The notes below the pieces were generated by a model that did no database searches, was not told where the DNA came from, and was given only the letters and a program-made list of their open reading frames with translations. A stretch of 63,519 bases of DNA, counting the filler, from Nitrospinae bacterium RIFCSPLOWO2_12_FULL_45_22 (GTDB taxonomy: Bacteria > 2-12-FULL-45-22): NCBI GenBank assembly GCA_001803565.1. It is 3 parts of 3 records of this genome, joined end to end, with 100 filler letters (N's around TTAATTAATTAA, not from the genome) between each part and the next. Parts side by side here need not be neighbours in the genome. Positions count along the whole stretch, not along the records: positions 1 to 30,087 come from MHDQ01000222.1; 2 more parts are not named here. One strand, 5' to 3'. Both the position numbers and the translations under genes were made by a program. Shown here in pieces: positions 1 through 9,314 of the stretch; the first letter of the stretch is position 1, and each line of letters starts with the position of its first letter.

Positions 1-61
1 AGGGGATAGGGAAGCTAGCCCCGACAAGGGTAGGTTAAACCTTGGCACCTATCTTTCCCCT
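1..61 (+). promoter_or_regulatory. Structured leader upstream of integrase (may be truncated by window edge)
   Basis: AGGGGA(TAGG) at 1-10 can pair with CCTA..TCCCCT at 48-61; shares GGGGATAGGGWAGC and CCGAYAAG words with the leader at 29633-29670 (minus strand). Confidence 0.4.
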
Positions 62-112
62 TTATTTATAAAAGCCAGGATAAATAACCTTAGCTAAGGG
101 AGGGATCAAGAC

Positions 113-1195
113 ATGGGAATCTACAGGAAAGAGAAGAGCTGGTACCTTAACTTTTACTATCAGGGCCAGCGGTATCAAGAATGTATAGGGCCGGTAAGTA
201 AAACAGTTGCTAAAGAAGTTGAAGCCAAACGAAGGGCCGAAGTCATAGAAGGCCGCTACAACCTGAACCAGAAGAAGCTAACACCTTTCTTTGAACAATT
301 TGCTCAACAATATCTTGAAGTATATTCAAGGGAGAACAAACGCCACAAGTCTTACATCAGAGATATTACCGCTATTAATCATTTCAATACCTATTTCACA
401 AATAAACGACTTGCAGATATAACCAATTGGCAGATAGAAAAATATAAGGCTATGCGTAAAAGTAAAGGGGTGAAAGAAGGCACTGTCAACCGTGAGCTAG
501 GAATTATACGCCATATGCTCAATATGGCGGTAAAGTGGGGATACCTTAAAATAAGTCCATTTAGGGGTATAAAGCTATTTAAAGAGAACAATAGCCGGAT
601 GAGGATACTTTCCTTTGAGGAAGAGCGTATCCTGTTTGATGTCATAAGAGCTAACCCTATGGCCAGGCATCTTGATGCGATAGTCACTACTGCCTTAAAT
701 ACCGGTATGAGGAGAGGAGAAATCCTTAGTCTTAAAAAGGATCAAATCAACTTTGAGGATGGTTATATCCTGGTAGAGGGGACAAAGAACGGAGAGATTA
801 GGCAAATACCCATGAATACACAATTGACAAAGACCTTAAAAAATGTTACAAAAAATAGCAAGCCAGATGATTATCTATTTTCAAAGAGTGATGGTAGTCC
901 TTTCGGAAGCATAAGGACAGCCTTTGAAAAGGCTGTAAAGAAGGCCGCCCTTAGAGGTCTTAGGTTCCATGACTTAAGACACACATTCGCAAGCAGGTTA
1001 GTTATGGGTGGGGTTGATTTAACCACGGTAGGCGAACTACTGGGCCATAAAGAGCTTAAGATGACCAAGAGATATTCTCACCCTACCCCGGAACATAAAA
1101 AGGCAGCGGTAAAAATTCTGGATCAAGTAACTACTATTTTAACTACTCAAGATAATATTCTTTTAAGTGATAGTCCTAAAAGGCTTGATAAATAA
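113..1195 (+). CDS. Tyrosine recombinase / phage integrase
   Basis: TGMRRGE, RFHDLRHTFASRL, LLGH and catalytic Tyr (TKRYSH); N-terminal arm-binding-like region; ends 6 bp before a tRNA. Confidence 0.97.
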   Translation: MGIYRKEKSWYLNFYYQGQRYQECIGPVSKTVAKEVEAKRRAEVIEGRYNLNQKKLTPFFEQFAQQYLEVYSRENKRHKSYIRDITAINHFNTYFTNKRLADITNWQIEKYKAMRKSKGVKEGTVNRELGIIRHMLNMAVKWGYLKISPFRGIKLFKENNSRMRILSFEEERILFDVIRANPMARHLDAIVTTALNTGMRRGEILSLKKDQINFEDGYILVEGTKNGEIRQIPMNTQLTKTLKNVTKNSKPDDYLFSKSDGSPFGSIRTAFEKAVKKAALRGLRFHDLRHTFASRLVMGGVDLTTVGELLGHKELKMTKRYSHPTPEHKKAAVKILDQVTTILTTQDNILLSDSPKRLDK

Positions 1196-1201
1196 TGTAT
1201 T

Positions 1202-1276
1202 GCGGGAATAGCTCAGCGGTAGAGCATCGCCTTGCCAAGGCGAGGGTCGCGGGTTCAAACCCCGTTTCCCGCTCCA
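1202..1276 (+). tRNA. tRNA-Gly(GCC)
   Basis: GCGGGAA/TTCCCGC acceptor stem, CGCC-TTGCCAA-GGCG anticodon arm, GGTTCAAA T-loop, CCA end. Confidence 0.97.
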
Positions 1277-1286
1277 CTTCTTTCCG

Positions 1287-1361
1287 GGCGGCATAGCCAA
1301 GTGGTTAAGGCAGAGGTCTGCAAAACCTCCATCCCCGGTTCGAATCCGGGTGCCGCCTCCA
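1287..1361 (+). tRNA. tRNA-Cys(GCA)
   Basis: GGCGGCA/TGCCGCC acceptor stem, GAGGT-CTGCAAA-ACCTC anticodon arm, GGTTCGAATCC, CCA end. Confidence 0.97.
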
Positions 1362-1369
1362 ACTATGCA

Positions 1370-2533
1370 TTGACTAAATATCCCTCCCCTAATCCTTACC
1401 TATTTCTTATTCTCAATTTCTTTTATAGTTATATTAATTGGATGCTCCTGGCTTATCTCCCTATTTATCTCAAGGAGATAAATGTAGGTGATGGCCAGAT
1501 TGGGGTTATGATCTCTCTTCTTTCTCTTGCGACCTTAATTGCGATCTTACCATCAGGGATTCTTTCTGATCGTCTATTAGCGGGCCGGATAATCCAGGTT
1601 GGTACCCTGCTTTTGGGCCTATATCCAGCGGGCCTCTTATTAACTACGGATATCAGGTGGCTTTTTATAGCTATTTTCATGGGTGGTATAGGCAGTGCTA
1701 TGATTCAGGTATTTTTGACCTCTATATTCTACAAAACCCTACCTGGTCATAATACTGGCAAAAGGGTAGCCTTATTCTTTATCGGTGGTTCTTTAGGCTT
1801 TTCTCTGGGGCCGTTTACGGGCGGGATAATATTAACTTATCTGAGTATAGCCGAGGTCTTTTATCTGGCAATAGGTTTAGCGGGCCTTTTATTATTACTT
1901 GCCCGAAGAATCCAGGAAACCCTACCGCTAACATATTCCCTGAAAGACTATGGTAAGGACTTATTAAAGCCCAAGGTATGGCTTCTGATTTTATCGGTAT
2001 TTACGGCAGCTACCCATGCGGGAGTAGAACAGGCGAGTTACTCCCTTTTATTAAAGAGGACACTACTCTTCAGTGATTTTCAGGTCGGGCTCCTTTATGG
2101 TATTATTGGGTTATGGGTCGGAGCATTAGCCGTTGTATCTGGCCACTTATTCGACCGGAAACAAAGAATTGTCATGGTTTTATCAGGCTCTATTTTCCTA
2201 TCCGGCGTATTTCAATGGCTTACCGCTTATGCCTCGGGGGTTTGGGGGTTATTAGGGATCCGGCTTATTCATACCTTTGGTGATGCCTTCTATCTGAGTT
2301 TAAATGCCATCTTAATCTCCCTGGTTTTTCCCCATGAGCGAGTGGGGGGTAATTTTGGTGTCATACATACTGTCCATATATTAGCTGTCTTTGCTGGAGC
2401 TCTTGGGAGCGGGTTTATTAATTCCTATTATGGCTATCAGTATTCTTTTACCTTGAGCGGGATAGTCATGATGTTGGTGGCTGTATTACTGGCACTTAAC
2501 CGTAAAACGTTAAACCGGGCTTTGGTTCTTTGA
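1370..2533 (+). CDS. MFS transporter
   Basis: About 12 hydrophobic segments, MFS motif A-like GILSDR and GHLFDRKQR; start moved to TTG 1370 because ORF 1232 overlaps the tRNAs. Confidence 0.85.
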   Translation: MTKYPSPNPYLFLILNFFYSYINWMLLAYLPIYLKEINVGDGQIGVMISLLSLATLIAILPSGILSDRLLAGRIIQVGTLLLGLYPAGLLLTTDIRWLFIAIFMGGIGSAMIQVFLTSIFYKTLPGHNTGKRVALFFIGGSLGFSLGPFTGGIILTYLSIAEVFYLAIGLAGLLLLLARRIQETLPLTYSLKDYGKDLLKPKVWLLILSVFTAATHAGVEQASYSLLLKRTLLFSDFQVGLLYGIIGLWVGALAVVSGHLFDRKQRIVMVLSGSIFLSGVFQWLTAYASGVWGLLGIRLIHTFGDAFYLSLNAILISLVFPHERVGGNFGVIHTVHILAVFAGALGSGFINSYYGYQYSFTLSGIVMMLVAVLLALNRKTLNRALVL

Positions 2534-2562
2534 TGGTAATGAGTTGATGTAATCCGTGGTTA

Positions 2563-3150
2563 TTAACGTGAGGTATAATTTTGCTTTATGATTACCAGTA
2601 TTATTACCACGAATACAACTACCACAGCCAGGTGTTCGAGATGGGTCAGACCTTTCTTTAGCATATCTAAGTGGTTGGCAAATAAGTAGCCCAAGCTCGT
2701 AAACAAAGGGACAGTTAAAAGGGCCCCTAAACCATCCATCAGGATAAAATTGACTGGCTTAACTTTCATGGTACCGGCTACCAGAAAGGTAGTGGCCCGT
2801 AGGATGGGAAAGTGTCGTGCCAGGAAGATGGTCTTGTTGCCATGTCGTCCAAAGAATAACTGGACTTTCCGGATCCTTCGCGGGCGTAATATCCTCTTTA
2901 TCATAGGCTTTTGCAGAATATTCTGACCATAGCGCCTGCCATAAGCATAGAGTATCAGGTCTCCGGAAACTACTCCCACAAGGCAGATGGGGATGCTCAG
3001 TAGGAATCGAATGATACCGTTGTAAGCCAGAAAACCACAGGTAATCAAGACCAGGTCTTCAGATACCGGTAACCCTAACCCGGCTGCCAGCAGGATAATC
3101 AATATACCAAGATAAGTAAACTGTTCTAAGTAGGGGGTAAAAAACTCCAT
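2563..3150 (-). CDS. dedA: DedA family membrane protein
   Basis: GLGLPVSEDL, GDLILYAYGRRYG, ARHFPILR..FLVAG motifs. Confidence 0.92.
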   Translation of the reverse strand: MEFFTPYLEQFTYLGILIILLAAGLGLPVSEDLVLITCGFLAYNGIIRFLLSIPICLVGVVSGDLILYAYGRRYGQNILQKPMIKRILRPRRIRKVQLFFGRHGNKTIFLARHFPILRATTFLVAGTMKVKPVNFILMDGLGALLTVPLFTSLGYLFANHLDMLKKGLTHLEHLAVVVVFVVIILVIIKQNYTSR

Positions 3151-3386
3151 GCTTCTTAACGAATCACCATTGACAATGTTTTGCCAACCCTCTTAATAAA
3201 CCTACTGTGATTATATCGGATGTCCTATGTTAAAGCAAGGGCCAGCTAGGGCTGGGTGCCTATAGAATCAATGGCGGCGGCAGTGTAATGGGAGAATCTT
3301 CTGACGTCAGGGCACAATATAGCCAGACTCGTTGTAGATTACGGATAATCCGGTATATAACGTAGCCCCCTGCGCTTTCTTCAGTC

Positions 3387-4136
3387 TCATAGCTCATTCA
3401 GATAAACGACCCCGCCGAGAAGGCGCATCTGCGCTAAAATCCAGGTGCAACGTTTCCTTACATACGCTGATGGACGATTGACATGAAACTTCAATGGGTT
3501 TGGGAGCACGGCTGCCAGAAGAGCGGCCTCTTCAGGCTGGAGATGAGTTGGTAACTTCCCAAAGAACCTCTCGCTTGCCAAGGCCACGCCAAAAATACCG
3601 TTCCCGAACTCGGCCACATTGAGATAAACCTCGAGAATGCGTTGCTTGCTCCACAAAAGCTCGATCAGTACCGTAAAGTACGCCTCGACCCCTTTTCGCA
3701 ACAAGCTTTTGCCCGGCCATAGGAAGAGGTTTTTCGCGACTTGCTGGGAAATCGTACTGGCGCCCCGCAAGGATCGTCCCTTTCTGTGTTCTGCCCGGGC
3801 CTCCGCGATGGATTCATGGTCAAAGCCTGCGTGCTTAGGAAACTTCTGATCCTCCGTCGCAATCACCGCCAGCGCAGCATAGGGCGAAATTTTATCCCAG
3901 TTCACCCATCGGTAGTAAGGTTTATAGTCCTTTTGGTCCTTCCACCACGCTACGAGAGCGTGCTGTATCATGAAGGAGGTAGTTGGTGGCGGTATCCAGC
4001 GCAGAAGCAGGGTTAGGAGTACAGTTGCAAGGAGAAAGAAGAGACTCCCTTTACTGACCAGCAAAGCGATTGATCGCAAAAATTGGCAACCTCGCTCTTT
4101 TCTCATTATCCGTAAGAGTTTAGCCACAAAAAGCAC
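3387..4136 (-). CDS. mtgA: Monofunctional peptidoglycan transglycosylase (start uncertain)
   Basis: TEDQKF..H.GFD, RGASTISQQVAKNLFLW, RKGVE, KQRILEVYLN GT51 motifs. Confidence 0.95.
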   Translation of the reverse strand: MLFVAKLLRIMRKERGCQFLRSIALLVSKGSLFFLLATVLLTLLLRWIPPPTTSFMIQHALVAWWKDQKDYKPYYRWVNWDKISPYAALAVIATEDQKFPKHAGFDHESIAEARAEHRKGRSLRGASTISQQVAKNLFLWPGKSLLRKGVEAYFTVLIELLWSKQRILEVYLNVAEFGNGIFGVALASERFFGKLPTHLQPEEAALLAAVLPNPLKFHVNRPSAYVRKRCTWILAQMRLLGGVVYLNEL

Positions 4137-4161
4137 AAGAGAATTTTTTGATTAACTTTTT

Positions 4162-4293
4162 TACCACAAAGACACTAAGGACACAAAGAAATAAGCAGTG
4201 AGCCGTTAGCCCTGTCTGCCGTCAGGCAGGAGTACGCAACAACTGCTCACTCCTTACTCCTAATTACATGCTTAGTGGTCTTAAAATAGCCAC
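4162..4293. repeat. Nested palindromic intergenic repeat
   Basis: GACACTAAG...CTTAGTGGTC outer arms, GTGAGC...GCTCAC middle arms, inner palindrome CCTGTCTGCCGTCAGGCAGG. Confidence 0.6.
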
Positions 4294-4325
4294 ACCCATA
4301 TCGCTCAATGGTTTTATCCTATTAC

Positions 4326-4353
4326 TTGAATAATTCGAAGAAGATTATATACT
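4326..4353 (+). promoter_or_regulatory. sigma70-like promoter of oxidoreductase/leu cluster
   Basis: TTGAAT-N16-TATACT 37 bp upstream of ATG 4391. Confidence 0.5.
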
Positions 4354-4390
4354 TAAAGGAAAAGTTTTTGCGAGATTTATCCCTAAAATA

Positions 4391-4618
4391 ATGTCAAAGA
4401 CAAACAAAGCTAAAGTAGTGATCCTGGAAGAGTATTGCAAGGGCTGTGGCTGTTGTAATGTGGCTTGCCCTAAAGGATTATTAACGCCTGGGACCCGGAT
4501 CAATATCTATGGTTATAACCCCGCGGTCTTTATAGATAACGATGGAGAATGTCAGGGTTGTGCCCTATGTGCCCGTTTCTGTTCCGATGCTGCTATAGAA
4601 ATATACCAGTATGACTAA
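4391..4618 (+). CDS. 2x[4Fe-4S] ferredoxin, delta subunit of 2-oxoacid:ferredoxin oxidoreductase
   Basis: CKGCGCCNVACP and CQGCALCARFC motifs; overlaps alpha subunit start. Confidence 0.92.
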   Translation: MSKTNKAKVVILEEYCKGCGCCNVACPKGLLTPGTRINIYGYNPAVFIDNDGECQGCALCARFCSDAAIEIYQYD

Positions 4619-5687
4619 GCAGAGCTTGATCAAGGGGAATGAGGCGGTTGCTATGGCAGCTATTATGGCCGGCTGTCGTAAATATTTTGCCTATCCTATT
4701 ACCCCCCAAAACGAGATACCAGAATATATGGCTGCTCATATGCCCGAGGTAGGGGGTGTTTTTTTGCAAGCCGAGAGCGAGCTGGCGGCCATAAATATGG
4801 TTTATGGAGCGGCCGCAGCCGGCGAACGGGCCATGACTTCTACTTCGGGCCCCGGCTATTCGTTGATGTTAGAAGGTATTTCGGGGATTGCCCGGGCCGA
4901 ACTGCCAGTTGTGCTGGTATTAGTTATGCGTGGTGGGCCTGGTATAGGGAGCTTAGAGAATGCCCAGTTGGACTATTTTTCTGCTACCAAAGGTGGTGGA
5001 CATGGAGGCTATCGCAATATTGTACTGGCTGCTTCATCGGTACAAGAACTATTTGACTTGACCCAACTAGCCTTTGAACTAGCCGATTATTATCGGGTAC
5101 TGGTTATGTTGTTAGTAGATGGTATTTTGGGGCAGATCATGGAACCTATAGAGATAATGCCTTTTAGTAATGGTAAGACAAGGTCTTTACCGGCCAAGAC
5201 CTGGGCTTTGACCGGTACCGGGAGGCAGCGGCCGCAAAACATTATCTCTACCATGCTGATGCGGGAAGATGAGACTTATCAGTGGCACCAGCGTATGGCA
5301 GTTAAATACCAGAAGATTCAGGCGGAAGAAGTTAGATACGATTCCTATTGCCTGGAGGATGCCCGGATCGCAGTAGTCGCCTACGGTATGACGTCCCGGG
5401 TAGCAGAAACCGCTATTGATGAGTGCCGTGAGCAAGGGCTACCGGTGGGGCTTATCCGGCCTATCTCCCTCTTCCCGTTTCCTTACCAGTTTATTAGCCA
5501 ATATACTCATCGGATAGAGGGTTTTCTGGTGACAGAAGTGAGTATGGGGCAGATGGTGGAAGATGTGCGCCTGGCGGTTAATGGTCGGAGTGAAGTGAGC
5601 TTTGTGGGCCGTGGTGGGGGATTATTGTCCCATCAGGAAATAACCAGAGGGATAAGAGAACTATGGTTGAAGTTAGCAACAAAATGA
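4611..5687 (+). CDS. vorB: 2-oxoacid (probably 2-ketoisovalerate):ferredoxin oxidoreductase alpha subunit
   Basis: KGNEA, AYPITPQ, QAESELAA, TSTSGPG, TKGGGHG motifs. Confidence 0.9.
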   Translation: MTKQSLIKGNEAVAMAAIMAGCRKYFAYPITPQNEIPEYMAAHMPEVGGVFLQAESELAAINMVYGAAAAGERAMTSTSGPGYSLMLEGISGIARAELPVVLVLVMRGGPGIGSLENAQLDYFSATKGGGHGGYRNIVLAASSVQELFDLTQLAFELADYYRVLVMLLVDGILGQIMEPIEIMPFSNGKTRSLPAKTWALTGTGRQRPQNIISTMLMREDETYQWHQRMAVKYQKIQAEEVRYDSYCLEDARIAVVAYGMTSRVAETAIDECREQGLPVGLIRPISLFPFPYQFISQYTHRIEGFLVTEVSMGQMVEDVRLAVNGRSEVSFVGRGGGLLSHQEITRGIRELWLKLATK

Positions 5688-6445
5688 CGGTAATGCCCGG
5701 GCTAAGGAAGATTTATGGCCGGCCCCAATCTCTCAAGGATGTCCGGACCCATTACTGCCCCGGGTGTGGTCATGGCATTATCCATCGCTTACTCTGCGAG
5801 GTAATAGATGAACTGGATATTCAAGGGAGAACCATCGGGGTTTCGCCCGTGGGCTGCTCGGTCTTTGCCTTTGACTATATCAATATTGATTTTGCCGACT
5901 CTTTACATGGCCGGGCGCCAGCCGTTGCTACTGGTATCAAGCGTTCTCAGCCGGACAAAATAGTATTTACTTATCAAGGCGATGGTGACCTGGCGGCTAT
6001 TGGCCTGGCCGAGATTGTTCATGCCGCTGTCCGCTCAGAGAAGATCACCACCATATTTGTTAATAATGCTAACTATGGCATGACCGGGGGCCAGATGGCC
6101 CCTACAACTTTGATCGGCCAGAAGACCACTACTACCCCTTTTGGACGGGATCATCGGGAATGCGGCTATCCGTTACGGATAGCGGAGCTTTTAGCCACGG
6201 TTGAAGGAGTAGTTTATCTGTGCCGTGAGGCCGTAGATACTTCAGCCAGGGTTATCCAGGCAAAGAAATCTATCAAAACCGCCTTTGAGCGGCAGATGGC
6301 GGGTGATGGTTTTAGCCTGGTAGAGATTCTCTCGCCCTGTCCCTCGGGCTGGGGTATGCCACCGATAAAGGCAAGAGAATGGCTCCGGGAGAATATGATG
6401 CCTCAGTATAAATTAGGGAAGTTTAAAGATACCCGGGAGGGATAG
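5663..6445 (+). CDS. 2-oxoacid:ferredoxin oxidoreductase beta (TPP-binding) subunit
   Basis: YCPGCGHG, HGRAPAVATG, GDGD...NNANYGMTGGQ TPP motif. Confidence 0.93.
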   Translation: MVEVSNKMTVMPGLRKIYGRPQSLKDVRTHYCPGCGHGIIHRLLCEVIDELDIQGRTIGVSPVGCSVFAFDYINIDFADSLHGRAPAVATGIKRSQPDKIVFTYQGDGDLAAIGLAEIVHAAVRSEKITTIFVNNANYGMTGGQMAPTTLIGQKTTTTPFGRDHRECGYPLRIAELLATVEGVVYLCREAVDTSARVIQAKKSIKTAFERQMAGDGFSLVEILSPCPSGWGMPPIKAREWLRENMMPQYKLGKFKDTREG

Positions 6446-6451
6446 ATACTT

Positions 6452-6994
6452 TTGCAAAGAGAGGTGATAATAGCCGGGTTTGGAGGTCAGGGTGTATTAT
6501 TAATCGGGCAATTGATCGCTTACTCTGGCATGTTGGAAGGTAAAGCAGTAACCTGGCTCCCTTCTTATGGTCCAGAGATCCGTGGGGGTACTTGCCACGT
6601 TATAGTCATTGTCTCAGACAGGCGCATAGGCTCTCCCTATGTTACTCAGCCTGCCGCTATCATAGTAATGAACCGTCCTTCCCTGGACAAGTTTGAGGAC
6701 CGGCTTAATTCGGGAGGCATTTTGCTCATTAACAGCTCATTAACCGATCGGCTCCCTGAGCGCAAGGACATACGAGTAATTGCTATCCCTGCCACTGACC
6801 TAGCCCATAAGCTGGGCAATAGCCGGGTAGCTAACCTGGTTATGCTGGGGGGCTATTTAGGCGCTACGGAAGTAGTTGGTTTGCCGACAATGCTGCAGGC
6901 ATTGCAAGAGGTCTTTCCAGAGGATAAGCACCATCTTTTGCCCTTAAATAAAAAGGCATTAGAGGTTGGTATGAGCTATTTGACAGAGCCATAA
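6452..6994 (+). CDS. 2-oxoacid:ferredoxin oxidoreductase gamma subunit
   Basis: AGFGGQG, PSYGPEIRGG, NLVMLG motifs. Confidence 0.93.
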   Translation: MQREVIIAGFGGQGVLLIGQLIAYSGMLEGKAVTWLPSYGPEIRGGTCHVIVIVSDRRIGSPYVTQPAAIIVMNRPSLDKFEDRLNSGGILLINSSLTDRLPERKDIRVIAIPATDLAHKLGNSRVANLVMLGGYLGATEVVGLPTMLQALQEVFPEDKHHLLPLNKKALEVGMSYLTEP

Positions 6995-7111
6995 TTATTC
7001 AAGTGGATTCAGGAGTCAGAATGAAAGGACGATCTGCTATTTCCATCCCTTCTTTCTATTCTGAATTCTGGCTCCTGTATGCTGACTACTGTATTTATCT
7101 GAATAGTGACT

Positions 7112-8371
7112 ATGGGAAGGACTATTACCGAGAAAATATTAGCTGCTCATGCGGGCCTGGCAGAGGTACATCCCGGGGAATTGATCAAGGCTAAGGTAGA
7201 TATTGCCCTGGGGAATGATGTTACTGCACCTTTAGCCATTGATGAGTTTGAAAAGGCTGGTGCCCAGAAGGTCTTTGATCCAAATAAGATAGTCCTTATA
7301 CCGGATCATTTTACTCCCAACAAAGATATTAAATCGGCCCAACTGTGCCTCAAAATGCGGCGGTTCGCTAAGGCACAGGGCTTGAGGCATTATTATGAGG
7401 TTGGCAGGATGGGTATTGAGCATGCCTTCCTGCCAGAGCAGGGTCTGGTACTGCCCGGTGACTTGATAATCGGTGCCGATTCGCATACCTGTACTTATGG
7501 GGCGTTAGGGGCCTTTGCGACCGGTATAGGGAGTACGGATTTAGCGGCGGCTATGATCACCGGTGAAGTCTGGCTCAAGGTACCGGAGTCTATAAAGTTT
7601 ATCTTCTGGGGCAAACTTAGACCATGGGTTTCGGGGAAAGACCTGATCCTTTATACTATCGGCAAGATCGGCGTAGACGGGGCCTTATATCAGGCAATGG
7701 AGTTTGTCGGGGAAGTGATGGATCAATTGGATATGGATAGCAGGTTTACCATGGCTAATATGGCGATAGAGGCGGGGGCAAAAAACGGGATCATTGCCCC
7801 GGACAATATAACCCTGGCTTATGTCAAATCCAGGGCCCAAAGGAATTTTAAGCTCTATCAGAGTGATAAAGAGGCCAGCTATAAGACCGTTTATGAGTTT
7901 GATGCGGCAGATATTGAGCCGCAAGTGGCCTTCCCTTCCTTGCCAGCTAATACCATGCCTATCAGCCAGGTTCCCAATATCTCTATAGATCAGGTGATAA
8001 TAGGCTCCTGTACTAATGGCCGCCTATCTGACCTTCGGGTTGCAGCTCAGGTATTACAAGGCCATAAGGTGCATCCAGATGTTCGGTTGATTATAATACC
8101 AGCAACGCAGGATATTTATAGACAGGCATTGATTGCGGGCTATATAGAGATTTTTTTAGATGCCCAGGCTGTAATCAGTACTCCAACATGTGGACCATGT
8201 CTGGGGGGGCATATGGGAGTACTGGCAGAAGGAGAGCGGGCAGTAGCTACTACCAACCGAAATTTTGTGGGCCGTATGGGAGACTCCAGGAGTGAGGTCT
8301 ATCTGACTAATCCGGCAGTAGCAGCCGCTTCAGCTATTATGGGGCGGATCGCTAACCCGGAAGAAATCTAG
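7112..8371 (+). CDS. leuC: 3-isopropylmalate dehydratase large subunit
   Basis: DHF, GADSHTCT, IGSCTNGR, CGPCLG, TTNRNF motifs; next to leuD and leuB. Confidence 0.95.
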   Translation: MGRTITEKILAAHAGLAEVHPGELIKAKVDIALGNDVTAPLAIDEFEKAGAQKVFDPNKIVLIPDHFTPNKDIKSAQLCLKMRRFAKAQGLRHYYEVGRMGIEHAFLPEQGLVLPGDLIIGADSHTCTYGALGAFATGIGSTDLAAAMITGEVWLKVPESIKFIFWGKLRPWVSGKDLILYTIGKIGVDGALYQAMEFVGEVMDQLDMDSRFTMANMAIEAGAKNGIIAPDNITLAYVKSRAQRNFKLYQSDKEASYKTVYEFDAADIEPQVAFPSLPANTMPISQVPNISIDQVIIGSCTNGRLSDLRVAAQVLQGHKVHPDVRLIIIPATQDIYRQALIAGYIEIFLDAQAVISTPTCGPCLGGHMGVLAEGERAVATTNRNFVGRMGDSRSEVYLTNPAVAAASAIMGRIANPEEI

Positions 8372-8387
8372 GAGGGAATAGATTGCG

Positions 8388-8681
8388 ATGGAAGCCTTAT
8401 TAGGAATAACAGGTGTTCTGGCGGCTATTCTTGGCCTTGTCCTTGCTTTTTATGCAGTCTTTGTTAATGGCCGGGCCAATAAAGAGATACTAAGGGAGAT
8501 ACAAAAAGGGACAGTGGAGATCCAAAAGGGGACGGTCGAGATGCAAAAAGGGACAGTGGAGATACAAAAGAGCGCTGAAAGACAGGTTCAGATACTTGAG
8601 AGGATAGAAGAGACGCAAAGACATATAGCAGAACTTGTCCGGATGGAAGGTGAAAAGACACGGTCCCTTATTAGCCGGTGA
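8388..8681 (+). CDS. Small membrane-anchored coiled-coil protein with EIQKGTV heptad repeats
   Basis: AGGAGG RBS, N-terminal TM helix, 21-bp tandem repeats. Confidence 0.7.
   Translation: MEALLGITGVLAAILGLVLAFYAVFVNGRANKEILREIQKGTVEIQKGTVEMQKGTVEIQKSAERQVQILERIEETQRHIAELVRMEGEKTRSLISR
8496..8570 (+). repeat. 21-bp coding tandem repeat (~3.5 copies)
   Basis: GAGATVCAAAARGGGACRGTS x3 plus partial GAGATACAAAAG. Confidence 0.9.
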
Positions 8682-8745
8682 GAGGTAACGAGCAGGTAGC
8701 GAGTATCGGGTAACAGTTACTGCTGTCATAGGAGAGACTGCCGGG

Positions 8746-9243
8746 ATGAAAATTATAGAAGGTAGGGTATGGAAATTTGGTGACAATATTGATACTGATG
8801 TTATTATACCGGCCCGCTACCTCAATACCTCAGACCCAGAAGAGCTGGCTAAACATTGTATGGAGGATATTGATTCTGGCTTTAGTAAGAAGGTCCGAAA
8901 AGGAGATCTGATAGTGGCAGGTGATAATTTTGGCTGTGGCTCATCCCGTGAACATGCCCCTATAGCTATAAAAGCGGCGGGCATAGCCGGCATCATAGCT
9001 AGATCTTTTGCCCGCATATTTTTTAGAAACGCTATTAATATTGGCTTACCAATCATTGAATGTCCGGAAGCGGTAGATAAGATTGAATCTGATACCCTGA
9101 TCCGGATAGACCTCTCTTCTGGGTTAATAACCGATATCAGGAATGGCAAGAGTTATCGGGCTACTCCTTTCCCACCCTTTATGCAGGAACTTATAGCGGC
9201 TGGAGGGCTAATGAATTACGTTATGCTTCAGCAGAGATTGTAG
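8746..9243 (+). CDS. leuD: 3-isopropylmalate dehydratase small subunit
   Basis: [27 protein letters not shown] motifs. Confidence 0.96.
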   Translation: MKIIEGRVWKFGDNIDTDVIIPARYLNTSDPEELAKHCMEDIDSGFSKKVRKGDLIVAGDNFGCGSSREHAPIAIKAAGIAGIIARSFARIFFRNAINIGLPIIECPEAVDKIESDTLIRIDLSSGLITDIRNGKSYRATPFPPFMQELIAAGGLMNYVMLQQRL

Positions 9244-9314
9244 CCGCAGGGCCTTGCCCTGCCAGATAGGGAGGTTGATAAATTACGTCGTGCTAGAGCA
9301 GAGGAGCTAGGGTA

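Noticed and set aside
1232-1369. N-terminal extension of the MFS ORF
   Set aside because: Overlaps tRNA-Gly and tRNA-Cys; ORF-caller artefact
3330-3362. GTTGTAG...ATATAAC hairpin downstream of mtgA as integron attC
   Set aside because: Box order and length do not fit attC, single copy, and the integrase lacks IntI features
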